The notes under the pieces were generated by a model, which did no database searches, was not told the origin of the DNA, and saw nothing but the letters and a program-made list of their open reading frames with translations. DNA of 52,676 bases. Origin: a virus. Lineage: Duplodnaviria; Caudoviricetes. The stretch covers positions 1-52,676 of IMG/VR virus record IMGVR_UViG_3300043384_000025; one strand, given 5' to 3'. Of this stretch, positions 17,460 to 25,728 are shown piece after piece. Numbering within the stretch: position 1 is the stretch's first letter; every line of letters begins with the position of its first letter. A program made the translations under genes and the position numbers.

Positions 17460-17774
17460 ATGGACATCGAGTGCGTCATCAGAGAAGCGGTTCGTACCAG
17501 CATCCGCGAGGAGCTGCGCGCCGCCCTGGGCGAACTCAAGGCCTCGACGGCGCCAGCGGCCTACCTCACGATCCGCGAGGCCGCGGAGCTCGCCAGGGTC
17601 TCGTGCGACTCGCTCCGGAGGTGGATCGGCGCCGGCCGCCTCACCGCTCGGCGTGCCGGCAGGGAGTTGCGGATCGAGCGCTCGGCTCTCGAGGCGTTCC
17701 TCTCGGAGAACATCGCGGCCCCCAAACCGTCGCCAGATCAGTGCTTCGATCGGATGTTCGGCGGCAAGCGCTGA
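17460..17774 (+). CDS. xis: Excisionase / HTH_17 DNA-binding protein
   Basis: YLTIREAAELARVSCDSLRRWIGAGRLTARRAGRELRI; directly upstream of the integrase. Confidence 0.85.
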   Translation: MDIECVIREAVRTSIREELRAALGELKASTAPAAYLTIREAAELARVSCDSLRRWIGAGRLTARRAGRELRIERSALEAFLSENIAAPKPSPDQCFDRMFGGKR

Positions 17775-17822
17775 CAGAGGCCGGCGCGGCGGGGTAGTGT
17801 CCCACGAGCTACACAGAGGCCG

Positions 17823-17858
17823 CTCTCAATGCCTGCGAAGAGGCTTGGTATCTTCGAC
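17823..17858 (+). repeat. Solo CRISPR repeat S4, abutting the integrase RBS
   Basis: CTCTCAATGCCTGCGAAGAGGCTTGGTATCTTCGAC, then GAGGAGGCAGC-ATG. Confidence 0.95.
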
Positions 17859-17869
17859 GAGGAGGCAGC

Positions 17870-19624
17870 ATGGGGCTGTACGCGAGAGGCACGCGGCTTT
17901 GGTTTTCGTGGACCGACGCGAACGGGAAGCGGCACCGCGAGCCGAGCGACTTCGAGGTCGGCCAGGAAGCGATGGCCGCGAAGGTGCTCGCGCGCGGGCA
18001 GGCGAAGATCGCCGCCGAGAAGAAGGCGCTGGCCGGCGGGCCGCGCGTGCACACCGAGAAGACTTCGCTGACCGACTACGTGCTGGGCGCACCTGGTGGC
18101 TGGCTCGAGGTCCGCCGGGCACGCAAGCCCGGTGTCGCTGCGAGCGAGCAGAGCATGTTCGAGTGCCACATCAGCCCGTTCCTCGGCCAGATGGCGCTGG
18201 GAGAGATCCGGCCTCGGAACGCGCGCGCGTTCATCTGGCACATGCGCGAGAAGATCAGCGAGGAGACCGGCCGGACGTTCGGAGGCAGGACGATTCGATC
18301 GATCGCCGGTCTGCTCGGGGCCATCCTCGACGATGCCGCGAGCGACGAGATCATCCCGATCAGCCCGTACAAGCTCAAGCGCGGGGATCTCCCGCCGAAG
18401 ATCGACGTCGATCCTCTGTGGCGGCAGCTCGCGTTCTTCGAGCGCGAGGAGATCGAGCAGTTGATCGGCGACCCGCGGATCCCGGAGGATCGCCAGGTGG
18501 TCTACGCCCTGGGGTTCATGACCGGCATGCGGCCGGGCGAGGTCGCTGCCCTGCGATGGGAGCGCTACCTGGCGAACGAGCAGCCGCTTGGGAAGCTGGT
18601 GGTCGCGACGAGCTTCTGCGCGAAGACGCACAAGGAGAGGCCGACCACCAAGACGAGCTCGACGAAGCTCGTGCCCGTGCACGCGTCGCTCGCGTCGATC
18701 TTGGCGAAGTGGAAGCTCGGCGGGTGGGCGCGGCTCATGGGCACTGACCCGCGGCCCAGGGACCTGCTCGTGCCGTCACGGCGGCGCGGGGACTTCCGCA
18801 ACCCCAACGACATGACGAACTCGCTCGAGGTCGACCTCGATGCGCTGGGGCTGCGCCGCAGGACGGCGCGCGACTGGAGGCCGAGCTTCATGACGCTGGT
18901 GCGGGCGGACGGGGCGATCGACGAGATCGCCAGGATGATCACGCATGGGGGGCAAAAGGACACCGTCGGCGGTTACCTTCGATTCCCATGGGCGACCGTG
19001 TGCCGCGAGTTGGCGAAGTTGCGAATCGAGCTCCGGGGGGAGGGGCTCGTGCTACCTTTTCGGCAGGCGGTCGGGGGGGACGGAGTCACGATGGAGGATG
19101 GGGTCTCAATGCCCGCGGAGAGGCCTGGTATCTCCGACATATCACACGCGGGGGAATCTGAGGCATTGGCACAGCGTTGTCACAGCCCGGAAAAACAGCC
19201 CTGTTTACAGCTACCTGGGGAGGTACACGGTTTGAGCCGGAACCAAAGTGCGGGTGTGGGGCCAGGCAGACTCACGCCGGCTAACGCCGCAGAATCACAG
19301 AGTGTCGCGGCGCGGCAATCGGCGTCAAGCGGGCTCGCGCCGACTCCCGTTGTGACAATGTGCCAATCAGGCGGCCGCACCAAGCCCGCCGTCGAGCCCG
19401 TCGTCGACCCCGTCGCCGACCCGTGGGACGAAGCCGCTACACGTTTTGTAGCGGCCGTAGCGGCCGCCCGGGACCCCGTCGGCGAAGCCCTCCTCGCCGC
19501 CCAGGATGCCTGGAGCGGGGCTCGCGACCGCATCGGCCTCCGAGTGCGCCTGCTCGAGATCGACCGCCTGCTCGACCGCATGGCCCTTGCCGAGCGGCCC
19601 TTGCCGCCGGGGGGCAAGCCTTGA
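17870..19624 (+). CDS. int: Tyrosine integrase with long C-terminal extension
   Basis: TGMRPGEVAALRW, TKT, VPVH, RDWR (variant of HxxR), ITH, GGY. Confidence 0.9.
   Translation: MGLYARGTRLWFSWTDANGKRHREPSDFEVGQEAMAAKVLARGQAKIAAEKKALAGGPRVHTEKTSLTDYVLGAPGGWLEVRRARKPGVAASEQSMFECHISPFLGQMALGEIRPRNARAFIWHMREKISEETGRTFGGRTIRSIAGLLGAILDDAASDEIIPISPYKLKRGDLPPKIDVDPLWRQLAFFEREEIEQLIGDPRIPEDRQVVYALGFMTGMRPGEVAALRWERYLANEQPLGKLVVATSFCAKTHKERPTTKTSSTKLVPVHASLASILAKWKLGGWARLMGTDPRPRDLLVPSRRRGDFRNPNDMTNSLEVDLDALGLRRRTARDWRPSFMTLVRADGAIDEIARMITHGGQKDTVGGYLRFPWATVCRELAKLRIELRGEGLVLPFRQAVGGDGVTMEDGVSMPAERPGISDISHAGESEALAQRCHSPEKQPCLQLPGEVHGLSRNQSAGVGPGRLTPANAAESQSVAARQSASSGLAPTPVVTMCQSGGRTKPAVEPVVDPVADPWDEAATRFVAAVAAARDPVGEALLAAQDAWSGARDRIGLRVRLLEIDRLLDRMALAERPLPPGGKP
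19103..19138 (+). repeat. Solo CRISPR repeat S5, in frame in the integrase C-terminal extension
   Basis: GTCTCAATGCCCGCGGAGAGGCCTGGTATCTCCGAC; stem CGGAGA/TCTCCG. Confidence 0.92.
19165..19367. other. Putative attP inside the integrase gene
   Basis: Left arm-like repeats TTGGCACA and TTGTCACA (19166-19184) are inverted relative to TGTGACAA and TGTGCCAA (19351-19366); lower GC. Core not identified. Confidence 0.55.
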
Positions 19625-19629
19625 TCGCC

Positions 19630-19665
19630 CCCTCAATGCCCGCGCAGAGGCTTGGTGTCTGCGAC
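19630..19665 (+). repeat. Solo CRISPR repeat S6, just after the integrase stop
   Basis: CCCTCAATGCCCGCGCAGAGGCTTGGTGTCTGCGAC; stem CGCAGA/TCTGCG. Confidence 0.92.
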
Positions 19666-19712
19666 CTCGACCTCCTGCGCCTGCTCGAGGCCTCGCCGGC
19701 GAGCGGGCGCCC

Positions 19713-20324
19713 GTGATCGCCGCGCTCTACGTCGCCAAGGGCGGCGTGTACTACGGGCTCCCCGACGTCGATCCCTGGGACGAGGCGCGGGACGCTCGGC
19801 TCTACGCCGGCCCGTGGCCGGTGGTCGCACACCCGCCATGCGCCAGGTGGTGCGGATTGGCGGGGCTCGTTGAGGCTCGATGGGGTCACCGTCGAGGCGA
19901 AGACGGAGGATGCTTTGCTTCGGCCCTCGCCTCCGTGCGGCGGTGGGGCGGCGTGCTTGAGCATCCGGCCTATTCCGCTGCATGGGCCAAATTCCTGCTA
20001 CCGGCCCCACCCCGTCATGGCGGATGGGTGCGCGGAATCTGTGGCGGTTGGGCGGCTCATGTCGAGCAGTCCAGGTTTGGACATGTTGCCAAGAAAGCTA
20101 CGTGGCTATACGCATTCCACGTGTTTCCGCCATCAATGCCGTGGGGCTCATCGCCAGATGGTTCTTCGCTAGCTATTGTCTCGTGGTGCGGGAACCACAC
20201 TTCTAGATTCGACACTCGGCCTAGAATTGGTAAGGCTCGCGCAGCGGCGACGCCCGTCGCATTCCGCGATTTGCTTCTTTCTATCTCCAGGAGCGCCAAT
20301 GGCTCGTCCGCGAACGCTACTTGA
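19713..20324 (+). CDS. Putative DNA cytosine methyltransferase-like protein
   Basis: IAALYV...DARLYAGPWPVVAHPPCARW...GGVLEHP...KKATWLY; PC and EHP motifs resemble C5-MTase motifs IV and VI. Confidence 0.65.
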   Translation: MIAALYVAKGGVYYGLPDVDPWDEARDARLYAGPWPVVAHPPCARWCGLAGLVEARWGHRRGEDGGCFASALASVRRWGGVLEHPAYSAAWAKFLLPAPPRHGGWVRGICGGWAAHVEQSRFGHVAKKATWLYAFHVFPPSMPWGSSPDGSSLAIVSWCGNHTSRFDTRPRIGKARAAATPVAFRDLLLSISRSANGSSANAT

Positions 20325-20728
20325 TATTCGTTTTTGGCTGAAGGTCGACAAGCGTGGACCAGGCGAGTCAGCGCGCCGGCACAGGGATAACGTGGTCTCA
20401 CATCGCGCGCACGGCCCCTCAACCACTCTTCCCTTCCCGCAGAGAGGAGCGCCTAGGACTCCTCTGTGCTCCCGAAATTGGCAGGGCGAGACCGATGCCG
20501 CGGTGCGCGCGTTTCAGGGTGCCCAGAATCTCGAGGTTGACGGGAGGGTCGGGCGCGAGACCTGGCTGAAGCTGCTCGCGTAGGTCGACGGCAGGTCCCG
20601 ACGAGGGCGACGATTCGCGCCTCGGCATCGAGCTGAATCCGTCGTACCTCGACGACAGCCTCAAGCGCCTCCGTTCCGCCGCCGCCCAGCAACTCCTTCC
20701 ATTCACGCAGAGAGGAGAACCACCATGA
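20299..20728 (+). pseudogene. Mosaic of gene remnants (HNH N-terminus, PG-binding domain, MTase C-terminus)
   Basis: RFWLKVDKRGP; AAVRAFQGAQNLEVDGRVGRETW; LGIELNPSYLDDSLKRL (from 20621). Confidence 0.6.
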
Positions 20729-21294
20729 GTAGCGACCAGCCGCTTCCGACCGTCGACCCCCGTTCCCGACCGGTGACCACCGCGTTGCGCGAGCTCCTCG
20801 ACGCACGGGAGCAGCGCGGCATCGCGACTTACGGTCGCAGCCTCACGACGCATAATGGGCGCGTTTCCCCGCGCGACCTGGTCGAGGAGCTCATCGACGG
20901 GGCGCAGTACGGACTTCAGTGGGAGCTCGAGCGCACCGACATGCTCGAGGACATCGCCCGCCTGAAGCGCGCGCTCGACGCCGTGCGCAGCAACGCCGAG
21001 CAGATCAGGGACGAGGCGCGCGCGGCGGCCGAGGCGTACCTGGTGGAGCGCGCAGCCCTCAAGGAGCAGCTCGCCTGGTGCCGCGCGAGGCTCGCGCCCA
21101 GGTCGGCGGTGTCCTTCGACATCCTCGCGGCGGCGGCTGCGATGCCCGACGCCCCGCCTGTCACGCTCGGCGAGGTGCTCGGCGGGGGACTCATCCGCGA
21201 GGCCAGCGTCACCATCGACGAGAGCTTGCAGCGGCTCAAGGGGAAGATCGACGCCGCAATGGCCGCCGACGCCGACGACAAGGCGACGGAATAG
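20725..21294 (+). CDS. Hypothetical protein (possible all-alpha NTP pyrophosphatase-like N-terminus)
   Basis: AGGAG RBS; REQRGIATYG..L...NGR...EELIDGAQY. Confidence 0.65.
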   Translation: MSSDQPLPTVDPRSRPVTTALRELLDAREQRGIATYGRSLTTHNGRVSPRDLVEELIDGAQYGLQWELERTDMLEDIARLKRALDAVRSNAEQIRDEARAAAEAYLVERAALKEQLAWCRARLAPRSAVSFDILAAAAAMPDAPPVTLGEVLGGGLIREASVTIDESLQRLKGKIDAAMAADADDKATE

Positions 21295-21306
21295 CCCCGG
21301 GCCCGC

Positions 21307-21342
21307 AAAGAGGAACCCACCCAAGCTCGCGCCGGGTGGGCT
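21307..21342 (-). terminator. Intrinsic terminator between convergent operons
   Basis: CCCACCC-N11-GGGTGGG followed by TTCCTCTTT on the minus strand. Confidence 0.6.
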
Positions 21343-21378
21343 GTCGGAGATACCAAGCCTCTCCGCGGGCATCGCGCA
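21343..21378 (-). repeat. Solo CRISPR repeat S7 (minus strand, 3' UTR of the leftward operon)
   Basis: Reverse complement is TGCGCGATGCCCGCGGAGAGGCTTGGTATCTCCGAC; first 6 nt diverged, both stems intact. Confidence 0.88.
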
Positions 21379-21397
21379 GCAACTCGTTCGGAGAAGT

Positions 21398-21712
21398 CTA
21401 CTTCGCCGGATCGGCCGCCGCCACCTGTTGCGCGCCGCTGGCCCTGGGCTCGACGCCGAGCGCTTCCCGCGCACGCTGGCAGAGCACGACCGAGGAGGCG
21501 TGATCGCTGCCGGTGAGGCGCTTCCATTCCTTGGCTACCTCATCGGTCCAATACCGGCCATCGTGAAAGAGCAGCACCGCTCGGAGGGCGTCGCCCATGG
21601 CATGGACGGTGGTCTCGGCCTGCCGGGCCAACTCGATCAGCTGCTCGTTCTGCTCATGCAGTAGGCGCCAATCCCGCTCGATCGTCCGCAACCGTTCTTC
21701 GATGATGTTCAC
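21398..21712 (-). CDS. Hypothetical protein
   Basis: GTG after GGAGG, coupled to the upstream stop. Confidence 0.6.
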   Translation of the reverse strand: MNIIEERLRTIERDWRLLHEQNEQLIELARQAETTVHAMGDALRAVLLFHDGRYWTDEVAKEWKRLTGSDHASSVVLCQRAREALGVEPRASGAQQVAAADPAK

Positions 21713-22302
21713 TTGCGCCTCCAGACCGAGAGGCCGTCGTGGATCCCGGACCACGTCGGGATCCGGCGGGCGGCCAGCGTCTCGAACCGCGCCTCGAGCA
21801 GCTCGTCGAACCGAACGTCGGCGCAGCACCCGCCGACCTCGCCGACGTAGATCACTCGCTTGCCCTCGTAGACTTCGAGCGCTTCGGCCGCCCATGGCAT
21901 GGCGTACGACGGCCAGATCAGCATCAGCGTCCGCTCGGGGTACACCTTCGCCGCGGTCGCAGCGTCCATCTCGACGACCGGGTGCCACTGGCGCTCGAAC
22001 CGCACGGTGCCGATCGGCGTCCGGCTCGAGGGCACCGGGTGGAGGTCGGTGGCGATGATGTCCACGCCGAGCGCTTCCAGCTCGTACGCCCAGTAGCCTG
22101 CGCCCGCGCCTACCTCGATGATCGGCCCATACCTCGCGACAGCGAGCAGCGCGTCCTCATCGGGGATCGCGAAGCCGAAGCCGCGCACGAACCTGGACCT
22201 GAGATCGATGACCCGCTCGAGATCGAAGAGCGGGTAGCCGGACAGGAAGCCGTCTCCCGCCTTCACGCCAGCGTCTCGCAAAGCCTGCTCGTACAGGGTC
22301 AA
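21709..22302 (-). CDS. Class I SAM-dependent methyltransferase-like protein
   Basis: IIEVGAGAGYWA, DIIATD, LMLIWP, VIYVGE. Confidence 0.75.
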   Translation of the reverse strand: MTLYEQALRDAGVKAGDGFLSGYPLFDLERVIDLRSRFVRGFGFAIPDEDALLAVARYGPIIEVGAGAGYWAYELEALGVDIIATDLHPVPSSRTPIGTVRFERQWHPVVEMDAATAAKVYPERTLMLIWPSYAMPWAAEALEVYEGKRVIYVGEVGGCCADVRFDELLEARFETLAARRIPTWSGIHDGLSVWRRK

Positions 22303-23048
22303 TTGACGTCCTCCCTAGACCGCTCCGGCAACAGCCAAGCGAAGCGGCCCTTGAACTTGTCGCTCCCGCGCGGGAAAGCCTGGATGGTGGGGGCCCCGAA
22401 GGACTTTACTTCCCCCTCGCCCCGCCGGCGCCGCTCGTAGGGCAGGACGATCACACGCGCCCCATCCGAGTGCTCCATCTCGGAGATGATCGCCTCGGTG
22501 GCGAGAGGGTCGTCCTCGAGCTTCCTCGCGTGGTCCTTGCGCTGCTCCCCGTCCGCCAGGTTGAGATGCCAGGCGTCGGCCTGCTTCACGTAGGCGACCG
22601 CGCCGCTCCGGCGCAGCATCGCCCGTATCTGGATCGCAACGAGGTCCATGGGCGTCAAATTCTGACTCTCGCAAACGGCCTGAACGAACGTCTCGTTCAT
22701 TCGCTCCAGCGAGTAGCCAGGATGCTGGCGCGCGGCGGCCGCAGCAACCTCGAACCCGGCGCGGCCTTCATCGTCGAGCATGTTGTCACGAATGATGCCA
22801 GCGAGCGCATCCGGGTGGTAGTTGATTGGCAGGCACATTATGACGAGACCGCCGTCCGTCGGCGCCCGCCCGGGTTGCTGGAGCGGACGAAGCTTGCCGC
22901 GAAAGTCGGGCGGGACAAGATCGAAGTAAGTCAGCATCCAAACCAATGTCGCCAGGAATCCATCTTCGCGGAGGACGCGCTTGCTCGCCTCGAAGATCGA
23001 GTCGTGCCACTCTGTGAGGAACTCCTCGCCCAGCTCGTGGCGGCTCAC
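22299..23048 (-). CDS. Hypothetical protein
   Basis: 249 aa coupled ORF with globular composition. Confidence 0.7.
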   Translation of the reverse strand: MSRHELGEEFLTEWHDSIFEASKRVLREDGFLATLVWMLTYFDLVPPDFRGKLRPLQQPGRAPTDGGLVIMCLPINYHPDALAGIIRDNMLDDEGRAGFEVAAAAARQHPGYSLERMNETFVQAVCESQNLTPMDLVAIQIRAMLRRSGAVAYVKQADAWHLNLADGEQRKDHARKLEDDPLATEAIISEMEHSDGARVIVLPYERRRRGEGEVKSFGAPTIQAFPRGSDKFKGRFAWLLPERSREDVN

Positions 23049-23203
23049 GGGAGCGCTCCGGGCCGCTCGCAGTCGGCCGCGCTGTCAACCGGGAAGGAGG
23101 GCCAGGGCTCGATCGGCTCGGGCGCCTGCGGGGGTCCCTCCTGCGTCGCGACCTGCGCGGCGTCCGGGACGTCCCAGCCGGTCTGCGGTGGCGGTAGACA
23201 CAT
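23045..23203 (-). CDS. Small Pro-rich hypothetical protein
   Basis: AAGGAG RBS, 52 aa, stop overlaps the next GTG; below the ORF track cutoff. Confidence 0.4.
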   Translation of the reverse strand: MCLPPPQTGWDVPDAAQVATQEGPPQAPEPIEPWPSFPVDSAADCERPGALP

Positions 23204-23214
23204 GGGTCACTCCT

Positions 23215-23260
23215 TGTATCTCGCGGGCTACACATAAGGGCGCGCGAGGGCGACTGTCAA
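23215..23260 (-). promoter_or_regulatory. Putative promoter with operator
   Basis: Perfect TTGACA (23260-23255), TATGTA -10-like box, and TGTAtctcgcgggcTACA at 23215-23232. Confidence 0.55.
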
Positions 23261-23265
23261 GCCGG

Positions 23266-23748
23266 TCAGTATTCCTCGGGCAGTAGGATCGTCGTGGCCG
23301 AGCGATCGGCCTCGGTGATGACCCAGACCCAATTCGCGCCATTGAGCTTGTAGCAGCTGAAGACCCTGAGGCCGGCGACCACGTGGTCTTCGTCGTCCTC
23401 AACGTGGTCCTCGAAGGGCTTCTCACCCTCGTCGCCACTCACGTGGCGGTCGATGAGCCTCGCCGAGGAGAGGCCCAGGCGCTCGAGGAGCGCGAGCGCT
23501 CCGGGCGTGATCAGGAGACGGCCCAGCTCGAACAGCGGTTCCTTCGGCACCACCGTCAGGGCGGGCCTCGGCCGAGCGGCATCAAGCTCGTTCTCGTAGG
23601 ACACCCAGAGCGCGTCTTCGAGCGCGAGCTGGGCTTTGGTCGGGTCGGTTGTTGGCTCGGCGGACAGCATGCTTCCAAGTAGCGTCGAAATCAGCTCGTG
23701 GTCGGACATGTGGTTGTTCCTCTGCACGCTTACGATTGGCGTGTTCAT
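23266..23748 (-). CDS. Conserved plasmid/phage-related protein
   Basis: FELGRLLITPGA...RHVSGD...WVITEADRSATTILLPEEY, a recognisable mobile-element family of unknown function. Confidence 0.75.
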   Translation of the reverse strand: MNTPIVSVQRNNHMSDHELISTLLGSMLSAEPTTDPTKAQLALEDALWVSYENELDAARPRPALTVVPKEPLFELGRLLITPGALALLERLGLSSARLIDRHVSGDEGEKPFEDHVEDDEDHVVAGLRVFSCYKLNGANWVWVITEADRSATTILLPEEY

Positions 23749-24274
23749 ATGGGGTTACGGCATCTTGGTGGGGAAGTAGCGAGCCATCTGGCGAGTCAAA
23801 GACCTCTCAGCAAGCGCGAGCATGGCCGCCGCCAACGCGGTGCCTTCGCTCACCACCGGTGCGCGCCGCTCTTCGGCCATGCACAGCTCTGCGAGGCTTG
23901 AGAAGAATTCGGTCTCGGTCATGATGTCCTCGACTCCTTGATTCGTGGTGTGATTCTCGGTTTGCGTCGTCGACTTCATGTATTCTGGGAGTAGCAGCCG
24001 GCGTGCCATTCTAGCCGCAGCGTTAATACAGGCGCTTGGCCGATCGGCCGGTGAGTCGGAGTTGCCTTTGTGGTCAGAGTTGACTTTGGTGCGCAAGCGT
24101 ACGCGCTCGCACGTGAATCGCCGTCTGGCGGCAAATCACCAGGTCGCCGATGACCGAAACCGCCTCGAAGGGGCGCCGCGTAAGCGCCTGATTATCGGTT
24201 GCTATAGTCATGGCACGCCACCTGCTACTGTCTCTAGTCAGCAGGCAACGCCAACCAAACTAAGGTGACACGCC

Positions 24275-24583
24275 ATGACCGACCGCGAAATCCGCCGCCT
24301 CGCCAACGCCTCTCGCAGCAATCTCGCCGTGCACGTCATCCCCGGCTGCCGCTCGCCGAAAGAGGTGGGGCACTCCTGGTACTACGAGACAAAGGGCGGC
24401 ACGGAGATCCGCCACCCGAGCGCCTACGGCAAGTACGGATGGAGCAACATGGTGTACCGCTCCAGCACGCGGCGGATCGAAGTCGGCGCCGCTTGGCTGC
24501 GCGCCCAGGTCCAGGCCAAGCGCATCGCCGCGATCTCGTGCGCTCGCCTGGCGATCTGCGAGTCAGAGGAGGGCGGCCTGTAG
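24275..24583 (+). CDS. Hypothetical protein
   Basis: AAGGT RBS, 102 aa, GC3 bias. Confidence 0.6.
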   Translation: MTDREIRRLANASRSNLAVHVIPGCRSPKEVGHSWYYETKGGTEIRHPSAYGKYGWSNMVYRSSTRRIEVGAAWLRAQVQAKRIAAISCARLAICESEEGGL

Positions 24584-24863
24584 GTCGAGCGCTTCGAGTA
24601 GCGGCGGAGCTCGCGAGCTCCGCCGCCTGGCACCTGCTGGATCGGCGACGGGCACACCGAGCACTGCCGAGACGCCGCAAGCGAATTCACGACCGACGAG
24701 GAGTAGGAGCCGACGCCCGGCGGTCACCGCACGAGGAGCACCGCTGTCGCCCGGCTGGCGGAGTCGCTGCGCGCGGTAAGCGGATCGGTAAAGCTCGACG
24801 CCAGAGACCTGGTGTCCGCAATAGAGCGGCTGATCGCGGCCAAGTAGGCCCAAGGAGGATGTG

Positions 24864-25079
24864 ATGGCCACAGAAAAAACAATCATCGGATACGACGTGT
24901 CCAGCAGCGCGATGACACCGGCAGCGCTCTGCGCGCAGTGCGCCGACGACGAGGGTGACCGCAGAGGCACCCCGATTCGCGATGGCGACGAATGGGGAGC
25001 CCTCTCGGCGCCCCGGTGTGTTTCCTGTGGAGTGGAGCTCGAAGGCCTGACGATCGTGCGCCCACGGTCGAGCAGGTGA
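24864..25079 (+). CDS. Small Zn-finger hypothetical protein
   Basis: AAGGAGG RBS; CAQC...CVSC. Confidence 0.6.
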   Translation: MATEKTIIGYDVSSSAMTPAALCAQCADDEGDRRGTPIRDGDEWGALSAPRCVSCGVELEGLTIVRPRSSR

Positions 25080-25083
25080 CGGA

Positions 25084-25380
25084 GTGAGCCCAAAGATGCA
25101 GAGGTCGATCGACAAGGAGCTAGGCATTATCGTCGGGGGAGTGAGCCCTGCGCTGCAGAGGTCGGTCGACCAGGTCGCGCTCGCCCTCAAGCGCGCCGCC
25201 GAGGAGCATGCTCGCCCCAACGCCTTTAGTTGTCGCGAGCTGGTGGAGTACGGGGCGCCAGGGCCGATGATGACGGGACGCATCGGGAAGCGCGCCCGCC
25301 ACCACGTCTGGGTGGCACTCGGCGGGCGAGTTGGCTGGGGCTCGTGCCCGGTCTACGCGGAAGGGCGTTGGTATGTCTGA
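25084..25380 (+). CDS. Hypothetical protein
   Basis: Operon position, 98 aa. Confidence 0.5.
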   Translation: MSPKMQRSIDKELGIIVGGVSPALQRSVDQVALALKRAAEEHARPNAFSCRELVEYGAPGPMMTGRIGKRARHHVWVALGGRVGWGSCPVYAEGRWYV

Positions 25381-25419
25381 GTGTCCCTGGTACGGCCCCG
25401 CCTTCGAAGGACAACAGCG

Positions 25420-25728
25420 ATGAACAACGCCGACCCCAGAAAGCGATGCTCCTTCCCCGGCTGTGGCCGCCAGGTGCGCTACGCGGGCCTCTGCACGGGG
25501 CACGTCACGCAACGGGATCGCGATCCGCTGCGGCCGCTGCGCCCTCTGCTCGGGCCCAATGGCCTGATCGGCGAGGGGCCCAAGAAGCTGCTCGGCGTGC
25601 GGGTCTCCGACACGTGCCTGGCCGAGTTGGACCTGGACGAGACGTCGAAGAGCCGCACGGCCACCGCCGCGCTCGTGCTCGAGGACTGGGCAGTCGAGCG
25701 GCGGCGCAAGCGGGAGGCGGGGCGATGA
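25420..25728 (+). CDS. Zn-finger plus RHH-like putative DNA-binding protein
   Basis: CSFPGC...GLCTGH; LGVRVSDTCLAEL...ALVLEDWA. Confidence 0.65.
   Translation: MNNADPRKRCSFPGCGRQVRYAGLCTGHVTQRDRDPLRPLRPLLGPNGLIGEGPKKLLGVRVSDTCLAELDLDETSKSRTATAALVLEDWAVERRRKREAGR

Noticed and set aside
19200-19340. tRNA gene or tRNA-derived att core
   Set aside because: No T-loop GTTCGA motif or its complement in a cloverleaf context. I recognised no tRNA anywhere in the window.
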